Origin: Candidatus Thorarchaeota archaeon
GTDB taxonomy: Archaea > Asgardarchaeota > Thorarchaeia > Thorarchaeales > Thorarchaeaceae
Length of the DNA stretch: 64,000 bases
Direction: 5' to 3'
NCBI GenBank assembly: GCA_003345595.1
Contig: PRDI01000049.1
Coordinates: 1-64,000, forward strand
Shown piece by piece: positions 1 to 9,926 of this stretch. Every line of letters starts with the position of its first letter. Positions within the stretch are counted from its first letter, which is position 1. The position numbers and the translations under genes are program-made. The notes below the pieces were generated by a model. The model did no database searches and was not told the DNA's origin. It saw nothing but the letters and a program-made list of their open reading frames with translations.

Positions 1-408
1 AAAGGATAGGTTCATTGCCTCTTCAAAGGGAACTGGAGAAGAGTCGCGGTTCACGCATGCATATAGGTCGTTGTTTGTTTCGTGCTCCAACCTCTGCTCA
101 AGCAGGTTCAGCACCAGTCGCTTCTTCCGGTTGACAAGCGCTTGGGCCTTTTTCGGATCTATGCGCCAATAATACAGAAACCACCCGGTGTTAGTATCAC
201 GGATTCTTCGGTATGATGCAAGGTGATTGTCATGCAGCTTGTATAGTATCCTACGCACAACGTTTAGCTTCAGGTCTGTCTTTGTGGCGATTTCTTCGTC
301 TGTGGTTTCCTCAGTGTTCACAAGGACTGTAGCCACATCCACGCCCTCTTTGCCTGCAATCTCTTCAACCACAAGACGAAACAGGTCATGATTTATCGAG
401 TGTGCCAT
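1..408 (-). CDS. tfe: Transcription factor E (TFE/TFIIE-alpha), truncated at window edge
   Basis: Manual translation from ATG at 408: MAHSINHDLFRLVVEEIAG...TTDEEIATKTDLKLNVVRRILYKLHDNHLASYRRIRDTNTGWFLYYW, the TFE wHTH signature. It lies in the usual TFE-MBF1-PAN neighbourhood. Confidence 0.93.
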   Translation of the reverse strand, partial: MAHSINHDLFRLVVEEIAGKEGVDVATVLVNTEETTDEEIATKTDLKLNVVRRILYKLHDNHLASYRRIRDTNTGWFLYYWRIDPKKAQALVNRKKRLVLNLLEQRLEHETNNDLYACVNRDSSPVPFEEAMNLSF

Positions 409-544
409 TGAAGCAATCACCTAGGTGCGCAGTAGCTGACTAGTCGGCTGGAGGTACGTGACGTTCAAAAGATCCATGAACGGAGTTTGTATAAACTATT
501 ATACGCTTAGATACTATATATCAGCTTCGCTTGCGCCTGCTACG

Positions 545-1120
545 TTAGCTTCTATTCGCTTTTTTCCGCTTGACTCTGACAACATCGCCTAAGGTAGCAC
601 TCCCACCGAGATGGTCGTGGTCGAACGATGTAGGTGCCGGGCCGATTGGTTCCAAGAGCGAGATGCCTAGCTCTCTTTCAAGGCCTCTAATTGTCTTTTC
701 TACAGGCTTGAGTCTACCGGCTTCGATTCCCTGCAAAGTGGAAATCCGCTCACCTACTTTCTGAGCCAGCTGCTCCTGACTGATCTTGGCCTTTTGCCTT
801 GCATCCCTTATGACCCGGGCGTAGTCTTCAATAAGTATCATCTCGTCCAGTGTCACAGCCTTCTTCGGGTGGGGCTTTGGCTTGATGACTGTCTGAACCG
901 GACGTTGCGGCAGTAGACGAGTCTGATGTGATTCCTGTTTTGGGGCACCAGTCCATGAGGTACGCGGGGGTGTCGATGGTAGTGGCTTCTTGGCTGCAGT
1001 CACTGACTTGTCACCGAACCTCTCAGCACACTGAGGACAGACAATCATCGATGCACCCTCTATGATCATGCTCCGGCCTTTTCCCTTCATGCTCCTGCCA
1101 CAGAGCTCGCAGCTCGACAT
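545..1120 (-). CDS. Archaeal multiprotein bridging factor aMBF1
   Basis: N-terminal Zn ribbon (CELCG...CPQC) and a Cro-type HTH (IRDARQKAKISQEQLAQKVG); C-terminal TLGDVV; divergent from PAN. Confidence 0.92.
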   Translation of the reverse strand: MSSCELCGRSMKGKGRSMIIEGASMIVCPQCAERFGDKSVTAAKKPLPSTPPRTSWTGAPKQESHQTRLLPQRPVQTVIKPKPHPKKAVTLDEMILIEDYARVIRDARQKAKISQEQLAQKVGERISTLQGIEAGRLKPVEKTIRGLERELGISLLEPIGPAPTSFDHDHLGGSATLGDVVRVKRKKANRS

Positions 1121-1326
1121 GGTAAGTGCCTCTATCGTGAGTAAAGGTTGGTTGCGTTGATAAACATTGCCGACTAGATATGTTGCTTGAAATCGAACTG
1201 ACTATTGCTGCGTACCAGTTTGCCGTAACTAGTATAAGACTGCTCACTGCGAATTCAGTAATCCGTTTCACGGTCAGCCTAACGCTTAAAACTGTAGACG
1301 TTCATCTGAGCCTGAGGTGGCATTGA

Positions 1327-2529
1327 GTGCCAGGGACTGCAGAGGCCAAGAAAGACGAGAACGTTGATGACAGCAGCTATGCGCAGACCTACACGAAGCA
1401 CCTAGAACGACGCTTGCGTGCACTAGAAACTGAGAAACAGATACTCCAGGCCGAACGCAGTCGACTTGAGAAAGAGACCCAGACCCTCAGAACAGAACTT
1501 GAGAAACTGAGGCAATCACCTCTGATAACTGCCACCATACTTGAAATGCTAGAAGATGGCAGAGCCGTTGTCAAGAGTTCCACCGGTCCAAACTTCGTTG
1601 TGCATGTGGCATCTTCCCTTCCCAAAGAGAAGATGCAGCCAGGTATTCGTGTCGCACTCAACCAACGATCTTTTGCGGTGACGGAAGAACTGCCGCCGCC
1701 AAGAGACCCCATGATTAGAGCCATGGAAATTGAGGAGAAGCCCACTGTCACTTACGTTGAGATAGGCGGGTTGAGAGACCAATTGAGGGAGATAAGGGAA
1801 ACCGTTGAACTGCCTCTTCTGAAACCCGATCTGTTCAAACAGGTAGGCATAGAACCTCCTCGAGGGGTATTACTAACAGGGCCGCCCGGCACAGGTAAGA
1901 CGCTCTGCGCGAGAGCAGTTGCGCGGGAAACTAAAGCGGCGTTCATCCGCGTCATCGGATCGGAACTGGTCCAGAAGTTCATTGGAGAAGGGGCACGACT
2001 TGTTCGTGAGATCTTCTTGCTTGCAAAAGAGAGAGCACCATCAATAGTGTTTGTGGACGAGCTTGATGCAGTCGGCTCACACAGGCTTGATGTTGCCACA
2101 TCAGGCGATAGAGAAGTGCAGCGAACTCTTATGCAGCTTCTCAGTGAACTGGATGGTTTTGAGAGCCGGGGACAGGTAGCAGTCCTAGGAGCTACAAACC
2201 GTCCGGACATTCTCGATCCTGCGTTATTGCGGCCGGGCCGTTTTGATAGAATCATTGAGTTCCCACTTCCTGATGACAATGGCAGACTTGAGATATTCAA
2301 GATACACACGAGGGGGATGAACCTCGCTCCAAACATTGATCTTGGTCAGATGGTCTATTCGACGCAGGGGAAGACGGGGGCAGACATCAAGGCGATTTGT
2401 ACAGAGGCAGGAATGTTTGCCATCCGTGATGACAGGGTGTGTGTCACACAAGATGATTTCCGTCGTGCAGTTGCCAAGCTACAAGGAAGAGCAGGCGGCG
2501 ACAGGGTTCCGAGTGACATCTATTGCTAG
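1327..2529 (+). CDS. pan: Proteasome-activating nucleotidase
   Basis: N-terminal coiled coil, VVKSSTGPNF OB region, Walker A GPPGTGKT, Walker B FVDE, SRH LDPALLRPGRFDR, C-terminal HbYX-like IYC. Confidence 0.97.
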   Translation: MPGTAEAKKDENVDDSSYAQTYTKHLERRLRALETEKQILQAERSRLEKETQTLRTELEKLRQSPLITATILEMLEDGRAVVKSSTGPNFVVHVASSLPKEKMQPGIRVALNQRSFAVTEELPPPRDPMIRAMEIEEKPTVTYVEIGGLRDQLREIRETVELPLLKPDLFKQVGIEPPRGVLLTGPPGTGKTLCARAVARETKAAFIRVIGSELVQKFIGEGARLVREIFLLAKERAPSIVFVDELDAVGSHRLDVATSGDREVQRTLMQLLSELDGFESRGQVAVLGATNRPDILDPALLRPGRFDRIIEFPLPDDNGRLEIFKIHTRGMNLAPNIDLGQMVYSTQGKTGADIKAICTEAGMFAIRDDRVCVTQDDFRRAVAKLQGRAGGDRVPSDIYC

Positions 2530-2544
2530 TTTCGGAAAGCTCCC

Positions 2545-3381
2545 GTGACGGATATGCAATACAGGGACTACTTGAGGACCAGACTCAAGGGATTGATCCC
2601 CGATGGGGCTGCACTGCCTAACGGTTTCAATCTCGTAGGACATGTTGCCCTACTACACCTCGATAGCAGCCTATCAGAGTTTGCTCACCTCATAGGCAGT
2701 GCGACTCTAGGTTATGATTGGAGAATAAGGTCGGTTGCTGTCAGATTAGGGCCGACAGAGGGAGTATTCCGGATACCGGCCTACGCTGTTGTAGCAGGCG
2801 AACCGAACACCCTCACAACACATATTGAAGGCGGCGTGAAGTACAGGTTCGATCCCCTCGTAGTGACATTCTCTGGAGGGAATCGACGAGAGCGGATTCG
2901 GTTGCGGTCTGCCGTAAGTCCCGGTGAGATTGTTGTTGACATGTTTGCATGTGTGGGACAGTTTGCGTTGCCCATTGCAGCGGGTAAGAGCTCACAGGTC
3001 TTCGCTATTGAAGTCAATCCTGTTGCCTATGGATATCTACTCGATAATATCAGACTGAACAAAGTAGAGAACAAAGTTGTCGCACTACTAGGCGATTGCA
3101 GAGAAGTACATCCATCAAGGATGGCAGACAGGATTGTGATGGGCTATCTTCATAACACGCTGCTTTATCTTCCTGCAGCACTCGAAACACTGTCGGCCAA
3201 GGGCGGCATCATCCACATGCATATGGCTGCTCCGACGAGTGAAACGGTATCTATTGCAAGCAGAATCGGGTCGGAAGCACATCACAACGGATTCATGACA
3301 CAGACTATTGTCCGCAGGATCAAGACCTATTCGCCGGGTGTCGAGCACATGGTGTTTGACATCAGGGCAACACCCGAATAG
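2545..3381 (+). CDS. Trm5/Tyw2(Taw2)-family SAM-dependent tRNA-modifying transferase
   Basis: VVDMFACVGQF SAM motif, IEVNP, ADRIVMG and KTYSPGV. Confidence 0.85.
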   Translation: MTDMQYRDYLRTRLKGLIPDGAALPNGFNLVGHVALLHLDSSLSEFAHLIGSATLGYDWRIRSVAVRLGPTEGVFRIPAYAVVAGEPNTLTTHIEGGVKYRFDPLVVTFSGGNRRERIRLRSAVSPGEIVVDMFACVGQFALPIAAGKSSQVFAIEVNPVAYGYLLDNIRLNKVENKVVALLGDCREVHPSRMADRIVMGYLHNTLLYLPAALETLSAKGGIIHMHMAAPTSETVSIASRIGSEAHHNGFMTQTIVRRIKTYSPGVEHMVFDIRATPE

Positions 3382-3490
3382 TCCCAGCCCGTGCGTAGCG
3401 CAATCATTTTATCTGAGACCAGACACAGACATGGCGCATTTCTCTGTAAGCTGTCTGGTGTCGCGTTGGAAGTCATCGAAGGTAGATCAC

Positions 3491-3880
3491 ATGGGATTCA
3501 GAGGTCTATCACCCAAACAGATATCGCGAATGATGAAGAAGATGGGGATTGAACAGGAGGAGCTAGCTGGAGTCAAGGAAGTGATAATTCGCTTCGCTGA
3601 CAAGGAGTGGCTCATTCCCGATGCCCATGTGTCGATGATTAAGCAGCCGGGCGCCGAGTCGTATCAAGTATCAGGGGCTAAGAAAGAACGTGCATTGACA
3701 TCTGAGAGTGGGGCCAAAGAAGCTCTGAAGGTGACACAGAGGAAGACTGTTGAGATACCAATCCAAGATGCTGCACTTGTCGCTAGTCAGACTGGTGTGA
3801 CTGTTGATGTGGCAATGAGTACGCTAAAGGAAACAGACGGTGACCTTGCTGCTGCAATACTGAAACTACGTCGCACCTAG
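3491..3880 (+). CDS. nac: Nascent polypeptide-associated complex protein (NAC + UBA)
   Basis: MMKKMGI...GVKEVIIRF NAC domain and C-terminal LVASQTGV...DGDLAAAIL UBA-like domain. Start placed at ATG 3491 rather than 3308. Confidence 0.92.
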   Translation: MGFRGLSPKQISRMMKKMGIEQEELAGVKEVIIRFADKEWLIPDAHVSMIKQPGAESYQVSGAKKERALTSESGAKEALKVTQRKTVEIPIQDAALVASQTGVTVDVAMSTLKETDGDLAAAILKLRRT

Positions 3881-3939
3881 TACTCCTGTAGTATTTGTAA
3901 TACAATGAGAACTCGCGAATCGATGGTCTAGTATCGGCC

Positions 3940-4566
3940 CTACTTCTTCAGTCGCTCCTTAACCATCTTGATGCGGTAGAAGTCTTCACGTTCTCGTTCC
4001 TCTAAGGCTAGCTTGATGAAGCGCGCAGTGGCGTCAAGCCGAGGTATCACAACGGTTTCCAGCGCTGACACTCGCCGCTTAGTCCTTTCAATCTCCAGAG
4101 CCAATCGTTTGACGGTGGACTCTATCTCAGCCAGTCGGACTATGGTCGCAAGAGCTTCTCTGAACTTAGAACTCATGACATCAAGTTTAGCACTTGAATC
4201 TGGTAGTGAGTAGGCCAGCTCGGGGTTTTCCTGTTCAACTGAAAGCACCGGGACACGAACACCCATCATGGACCTAGTTGAGATTGTCAATTCAGCACGT
4301 GCTCCACTTGCGTATGCAAACTCCACTACCCTTGAAGGCCCCATCAGCATCTTGGCTTGAGTGAGAGCAGAGAATGCTTCGTTAAGAGTTGTGTCGACCT
4401 TCTCCCGGGCCTCTTTGATTTCTGCTATGGCGTTGAAGAATTCCATGATCAGTGAGTCACGCTTCTCTCTCAGGAGCTTGTGACCACGTTCTGCAAGAGC
4501 CATCCTGTTTTTGAGAGCTAAGAGCTCCATGCGCGTGGTCTTGGTCCCTGGCAGGATCTTGCTCGT
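3940..4566 (-). CDS. atpD: V/A-type ATP synthase subunit D (stand-alone); true start probably upstream of ATG 4530
   Basis: TRMELLALK...RGHKLLREKRD...EIERTKRRVSALE...LEEREREDFYRIK. In-frame SKILPGTKTTR precedes ATG 4530 back to ACG at 4566. Confidence 0.93.
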   Translation of the reverse strand, partial: TSKILPGTKTTRMELLALKNRMALAERGHKLLREKRDSLIMEFFNAIAEIKEAREKVDTTLNEAFSALTQAKMLMGPSRVVEFAYASGARAELTISTRSMMGVRVPVLSVEQENPELAYSLPDSSAKLDVMSSKFREALATIVRLAEIESTVKRLALEIERTKRRVSALETVVIPRLDATARFIKLALEEREREDFYRIKMVKERLKK

Positions 4567-4650
4567 TCTTATTCATCTCCATGTAAGATTGATAGCTGGA
4601 TTGGATTGACTCGAATCCTGTTCCAGTCCTGTCAAAGTCCTTCTGCTCCT

Positions 4651-4929
4651 TCATGCCACAGCGAATGCGATAGCGCTGATGATGACCCCAGTGAGACAAA
4701 GGAACAGCCACTTCATGAGGTAGCTGCCAGCAGCTTTTGGATTGTCATCGATTTGTCCAGTCACAGCTAGTGTGGACATGGAAATGAACAGGAATGCAAA
4801 AGGTAGTGAAATAGCCTTGTTAGTGAGCGGAAAGTCTTTGATCAGAATGATTCCAACAAGACCTGCAAATATCAGAAAAGATAGTATCATCAGCGAGTCC
4901 AGCACATGTCGCATTCGCTCTATGTCCAT
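4651..4929 (-). CDS. Small hypothetical membrane protein (about 3 TM)
   Basis: 92 aa with three hydrophobic segments; GGAG-like SD upstream. Confidence 0.7.
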   Translation of the reverse strand: MDIERMRHVLDSLMILSFLIFAGLVGIILIKDFPLTNKAISLPFAFLFISMSTLAVTGQIDDNPKAAGSYLMKWLFLCLTGVIISAIAFAVA

Positions 4930-5261
4930 TCTGTCTTTCTCCTGGGACTAGCAGATGATTGGACCCCAAGGTCGAGTTCTTGAACCTCTCTGTTACGTTG
5001 AAAAAGGTTATGGCCGACCGACCTGCACACCAATGAGAAGCGTGTGAATAGGATGGCGAGATCTCAGTGGCTAATTCGTGCTGATACTGAAGTTGCCAGT
5101 CGTTATTCAGTGGTCCACAAGTTACATCCCAGCTGTAACAAGGTCGAAACACACTGCATTCTCTAGGGACAACAAATCACCTGTTGGTACCTCGGGCTTC
5201 ATTCGGCGTTTCACCGGGACCAGTTGACCACACGACTTATATCGACGTAGCGTTCTCAGCT

Positions 5262-5274
5262 GTTGTATTACAAC
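5262..5274. promoter_or_regulatory. Palindromic operator GTTGTA-T-TACAAC downstream of a TATA-like box (CTTATAT 5236-5242)
   Basis: Perfect inverted repeat with a 1-nt spacer between the TATA-like box and the ATG at 5318. Confidence 0.5.
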
Positions 5275-5317
5275 CACTACTTGTGATACCACTGTTCCCA
5301 GCACCGAGGTGTAGAGC

Positions 5318-6292
5318 ATGACTATTGCCATTCATGAAAGTGCATTGATACGTCATTTCAACACTAGGAAGGAAACGTTGCGAGCTTGGGAAGAGAAGAT
5401 TGGTTGCCGGTTCTCGCCGTTCAGAGGATTCAAGATGCCTGACTCGCGTCTGTATATTGAACATCCTGATTTCCTAGATAGTATAGTAGACCTTGTCTTG
5501 ACTAATGAGCGTCACATCTTCATTCGAGGACCTGTCGGTTCTGGCAAGAGCACACTTATGCTCTTGGCGCTGAGAGACCTACCTACCCTGATGGATCGAC
5601 GAGGAAACAGGTTTGTTGCGGGCTATGTCGGAATGACTGGACTATATGAGAAACAAATGGCAGCCGCGATTGCAGACTCCTTGAGGGTGAAGTATAGGAG
5701 GTCATGGGAAACGAGTCAGATTATAGATGCAATCTCTGTCGAGTGTGTGCGCAGGTACATCGAGGAGAAATGTCGTACTGCACTCTTCATAGAAGATGTC
5801 GCGGACAATCAAGAAGCCGCCTTCCACAAGATACGGTATCTTGCTGACCTTCCTACGGAGGAGATGAAGGACAGCTATGGGACTGCATTAGATGAGCCTA
5901 TTGTAACACTCATTATGAGCGGCACCATGGAATACTGGAATGCTATGCTGAACTACCTTCCTCAGATAGCTGACAGGACCGAACCATTGGATGTCCCACC
6001 TCTTGACAACGCGAAGGCGAAGGAGTTCATAGCTCGCAGAGTTGCATATGCTCAAGGCAAAATTGACACCTTTGACAAGGACAATATTGATGTCTACCCC
6101 TTTGCGGAAGAGGCAGTGCGATGCATCAACGGAGCGGCAAAGGGCAATCCGAGGGACATACGGATGTTGGCACGAGGGTGTGAACAGGTGGCAGCTGAGG
6201 ACTTCAGGAGAACGGGCGATCCAACAGTTACCCAGAAAATTGCGGAGCTGGTAGCCGACGCATATGCTGTGATCCTCAAGGAGGTGCACTAG
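5318..6292 (+). CDS. AAA+ ATPase, ExeA/GspA- or initiator-clade-like, function unknown
   Basis: Walker A GPVGSGKST, Walker B ALFIED, sensor-2-like GNPRDI, and a YPF...A lid motif. Confidence 0.8.
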   Translation: MTIAIHESALIRHFNTRKETLRAWEEKIGCRFSPFRGFKMPDSRLYIEHPDFLDSIVDLVLTNERHIFIRGPVGSGKSTLMLLALRDLPTLMDRRGNRFVAGYVGMTGLYEKQMAAAIADSLRVKYRRSWETSQIIDAISVECVRRYIEEKCRTALFIEDVADNQEAAFHKIRYLADLPTEEMKDSYGTALDEPIVTLIMSGTMEYWNAMLNYLPQIADRTEPLDVPPLDNAKAKEFIARRVAYAQGKIDTFDKDNIDVYPFAEEAVRCINGAAKGNPRDIRMLARGCEQVAAEDFRRTGDPTVTQKIAELVADAYAVILKEVH

Positions 6293-6613
6293 TTGAGCGT
6301 ACTTGGAAAGTACAGAAGAGAGGCTGATAGGGAAGAGGAGGAGAAACTTGAACCGACTTCTAAGAGCCGGGAGAGTCAGAAAGGTAGTGTGGACAGAGGA
6401 AGAGACGAAACGCCCAGACAAACGGAGTCCGTGCCGAACAGAGACCGAAAGAGCCCAATAGTTTCCTTTTCCATACCCACCGACTTGAGAGCTTGCCTGC
6501 AAGCAATAAGGAAGAACAAGGCGATTAATCTCAGCATGTGGGTAGAAAAGCAGCTTCGGGAAGCAATACTTGAGGAATTCCCTGGCATAGCGGAGAAGTA
6601 CCTTGAATCATGA
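6293..6613 (+). CDS. Small protein with a charged disordered N-terminal tail and a C-terminal ribbon-helix-helix-like domain
   Basis: PIVSFSIPTDL...INLSMWVEKQLREAI shows the RHH strand-helix-helix pattern. It starts 1 nt after the ATPase stop, with GGAGGT SD. Confidence 0.65.
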   Translation: MSVLGKYRREADREEEEKLEPTSKSRESQKGSVDRGRDETPRQTESVPNRDRKSPIVSFSIPTDLRACLQAIRKNKAINLSMWVEKQLREAILEEFPGIAEKYLES

Positions 6614-6676
6614 GTCTAATGTATATGGGACCGTCCAGTTCATTGATACACTGAACAGTCGAGCTTGGATTTCGTT

Positions 6677-8107
6677 TCACTTCGTATTGTGTGTGGCAGG
6701 TTCCGGACGCAGATTCCTCGAATTGCTGTGCATCTGAGCATACTCTACTGCTCGACTGATACACATGATGGCTAACGCAGGATCATCATAACAGGGAATG
6801 TTGTGTGCTTCGAGCAGCTCCTTGCCCGGTCGACCCACGTCACCGGCAAGCCACACTCCAACAACAGGTTTCTTTGTGCCAGAGCCCCTGATTCCCTGCA
6901 ACGTCCCTTCGGCATGCTCGGTCTCTGTCATTCCTGCGAATGTAGGAACAGCACAGATCACAAGCAGCACGTCCACACTTCGGTCTCGGAGTGCGAACTC
7001 TGTTGCAATCTGATACTCTCTTCTCCCTCCAGTGGCAACCACATCGATTGGGTTCTCGACTGAAGCGAGAGGTGACAGGACTTCTCGCAGCTCCCTACGA
7101 GTATTGCTGTCGAGTGAGGACAGTGTGAGATTCTGATCCGAAACGAGGTCCGCTGCAAGGACTCCAGCACCTCCTGTATTACTAATTATACAAATATTAC
7201 GACCTGTTGGGAGTGGTTGATAGTCAAAGAACTTGCACACCTCAAGGAGCGCGTCAAGGGTGGGAACAGTCACACAGCCGGCCTGTTGAATCATTCCGGT
7301 GAAGATCCCTGTAGATCCTGCAAGAGAACCTGTGTGTGACTTGACAGCCCTATCACCTTGTTCGCTACGGCCACCTTTTAGAACCACAACAGGTTTCTTC
7401 TCGGCAGCATTGCGCAGCGCCTCGAACACTGCTCGGCCATTACTTACGCCTTCCATGTACATGGCTATGACCGATGTACTGGAGTCATTGCCTAGGTAGT
7501 CTAGAATCTCCGTAAAATCCACATCTGCCGCATTTCCAATGCTTACAAACTTGTTGAGCCCGATGTTCTTAGTGCGGGTGATGTAGATACAGACTCCACC
7601 AAGAGCTCCGCTCTGAGAAACAAGGGATATACGTCCACACGAGGGCATGATGGTGAAGGTACCATTGAACAGGTGGCTGTTTGATACTCCGACACAGTTG
7701 GGACCAAGAAACCTGACCCCTGCATCTCTGGCCGCCTTCACAAGAGCTTCCTCTAACTGCGCTCCTTCTGCACCGATTTCACTGAAACCGCCTGAGAATA
7801 TGACTGCATTCCGTGCTCCGGCCCTTCGGATTTCATCCATCAGTCCAGGACAATGTTTGGCTTCTATAGCTACTAGCACTAGGTCGACAGGCTCTGGCAA
7901 ATTCGTCAAGCTCCTGTATGTCATCATGCCTGCAACGCTGCTACCACTCCGCGTCACTGGATACACCTTGACTTTCGAGGTCAAGAGATTCGTGAGAATC
8001 GAGTTGCCGAGCCTTCTCGGATCTGATGATATACCGACAAGAGCAACCTTGTGGGGATTGAAGAAGAGGTCCATGGCACCTGTTGGTTTCCCATCCTCGA
8101 CAGCCAT
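6677..8107 (-). CDS. acdA: Acetate/acyl-CoA ligase (ADP-forming) alpha subunit
   Basis: GPNCVG, SQSGAL, SIGN, catalytic His in SHTGSLAG, NTGG.G and NPIDV. Confidence 0.92.
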   Translation of the reverse strand: MAVEDGKPTGAMDLFFNPHKVALVGISSDPRRLGNSILTNLLTSKVKVYPVTRSGSSVAGMMTYRSLTNLPEPVDLVLVAIEAKHCPGLMDEIRRAGARNAVIFSGGFSEIGAEGAQLEEALVKAARDAGVRFLGPNCVGVSNSHLFNGTFTIMPSCGRISLVSQSGALGGVCIYITRTKNIGLNKFVSIGNAADVDFTEILDYLGNDSSTSVIAMYMEGVSNGRAVFEALRNAAEKKPVVVLKGGRSEQGDRAVKSHTGSLAGSTGIFTGMIQQAGCVTVPTLDALLEVCKFFDYQPLPTGRNICIISNTGGAGVLAADLVSDQNLTLSSLDSNTRRELREVLSPLASVENPIDVVATGGRREYQIATEFALRDRSVDVLLVICAVPTFAGMTETEHAEGTLQGIRGSGTKKPVVGVWLAGDVGRPGKELLEAHNIPCYDDPALAIMCISRAVEYAQMHSNSRNLRPEPATHNTK

Positions 8108-8169
8108 GTTAAGGTCAGAATAGGAACTCGATTTATGTCTAACTAGAAATGACTGTTATACTATTATTA

Positions 8170-9534
8170 CTAGTAATACCGACTCATTGGATCCTTTGGC
8201 ATCTTCTGATAGACTCGTTTCAGTTTGTTTCGGTTTGGGAGTCCTGAGCGCAGTGCGGCATGTATCATGTACCTTGCTTCGGGACTCTTCTTCACTATGT
8301 TCTCTAATGCCGACAGTGAAGCGTCCAGTATCTCTCTTGTTCTCGTCTGGCACACTATGTCGATAAGTACGGAAACAGCAGATTCGTGGTAGAAGCCGCT
8401 TAGAGCAACAATAGCCGGTGTCACTATTCTGGCATCTTCCATCTTTGCCAGCTTGCCGAGTATGGCGACTGACTCCTGCGTCCTGATTACGACGTGACTG
8501 TTGACGCAGTAGACTAGTTTGCGGTAGTCATCACTCGACTCTGTGGTTTCGTAGCCTGCGATGTGATTGTCGAGCAGTGCATTCAATGTGAATACGGCAT
8601 GTCTGCTTCCAAGGGACCGAAGAGCTTCCTGATCTTGGTCGATGATTGATGCTAGAAGAAGACTGTACATGCAATTCGACGGATTGGCGTATTCTTGGGT
8701 TTCCGTAGACTGGGACTCATCATGCCAATCAGACTGCATACCCAGCATTCTCTGTATTACGGACAATACACTAGCTTCGCTCAGGGGCAGTTGCTTGCCT
8801 TTAACACCCAGTTCTGCCAGAGCTCTCCGGCCGATTTCTGTCGACCACAGGGACGCGATGTTTATGGTATCGCCGCATATGACGGGTTTCATTCTTCTCA
8901 GCTCGATGTTCCTCAGAGTTTCGAACATCGATTGCATCTCTGGCTTGCAGTTGCTGATGACCATTGATTGGTCGAAGAAGAAAGACTCACTTGAGGTGAT
9001 TTGTTCGATAGCAAGCTTGCAGACTCGTTCCGAGAAGTGTAATGAAGCTGTGACCATCGAAGCTTCGCCTTCTAAGTCGCTGAGTAGGGCTTTAGTATCA
9101 ACGTTGACAGGCTCGAAGCCGGTGCATGAAAAAAGACCGAATACCATTTCCCGATACTTCAGGGGTTCGAGCCGAGCACGAGGACCGCTTGGAGTGACTG
9201 GAAGTGAGTAGTCCATCTCGGCGGCCTGTTTCAAGTGTTGCAGTGCAGCAGGCCAGCCAAGTTCGCGTTCCGTTGCGGCAGTGAGATCGAGCAGGTCTCT
9301 ACTTCTTCTTTCAGCTATTGCATCAACGAACTTCTGCAGCCGTGCTCGATCCTCGGCCTCTCTAGCACGCTCTGCGCCTGCCTTGAGAATCCAGCTGTGA
9401 TCATCGTCCTGTGTCAAGTCAATCACTGCATAGTCCAAATCCGCAGTCACCATCGACTGTGAGCGGATAAGACTTTGTCCTGTACCTCTTGCAGGTTCCA
9501 ATAGCTGCCGGAGAAAGACATGATACAGTGACAA
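8170..9534 (-). CDS. Hypothetical protein with C-terminal HEAT-like helical repeats
   Basis: 454-aa ORF; C-terminal pattern AIVALSGF.HESAVSVLIDIV...SLSALENI. Confidence 0.7.
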   Translation of the reverse strand: MSLYHVFLRQLLEPARGTGQSLIRSQSMVTADLDYAVIDLTQDDDHSWILKAGAERAREAEDRARLQKFVDAIAERRSRDLLDLTAATERELGWPAALQHLKQAAEMDYSLPVTPSGPRARLEPLKYREMVFGLFSCTGFEPVNVDTKALLSDLEGEASMVTASLHFSERVCKLAIEQITSSESFFFDQSMVISNCKPEMQSMFETLRNIELRRMKPVICGDTINIASLWSTEIGRRALAELGVKGKQLPLSEASVLSVIQRMLGMQSDWHDESQSTETQEYANPSNCMYSLLLASIIDQDQEALRSLGSRHAVFTLNALLDNHIAGYETTESSDDYRKLVYCVNSHVVIRTQESVAILGKLAKMEDARIVTPAIVALSGFYHESAVSVLIDIVCQTRTREILDASLSALENIVKKSPEARYMIHAALRSGLPNRNKLKRVYQKMPKDPMSRYY

Positions 9535-9926
9535 GTGTGTACATTGTCACATGAACGGTGCCATGTTGTTTCGGATTCTGAAAAAGAGCCATTCGACTGA
9601 GTGACTGTGCGTTCTAGGATTAGAACTATGTATTCCTGCGTACTCCCCTATAGTGAGTGTGTCGTGCTAGTAACGATCTGTTACAGTACTCTCTCACTGG
9701 GCTCGCTTAGGCGTCCGTCAGAGGAATCTCTATCTCCTCAAAACAAGCATACCTCTAAGAGCGTCCGATGCCGGCACCAGAGAACCCGTGAAATCAACGT
9801 CTACTGAATTCCAATGTTGACGCTGATCGCACGGCACACTCGAGTTTTTCCATAAAACAGAGCCTGGGACTGATTCCGATCTAGTGTGATACCTGTATTA
9901 CCAGAATGCAGGCTGCTGTTTGGTTG

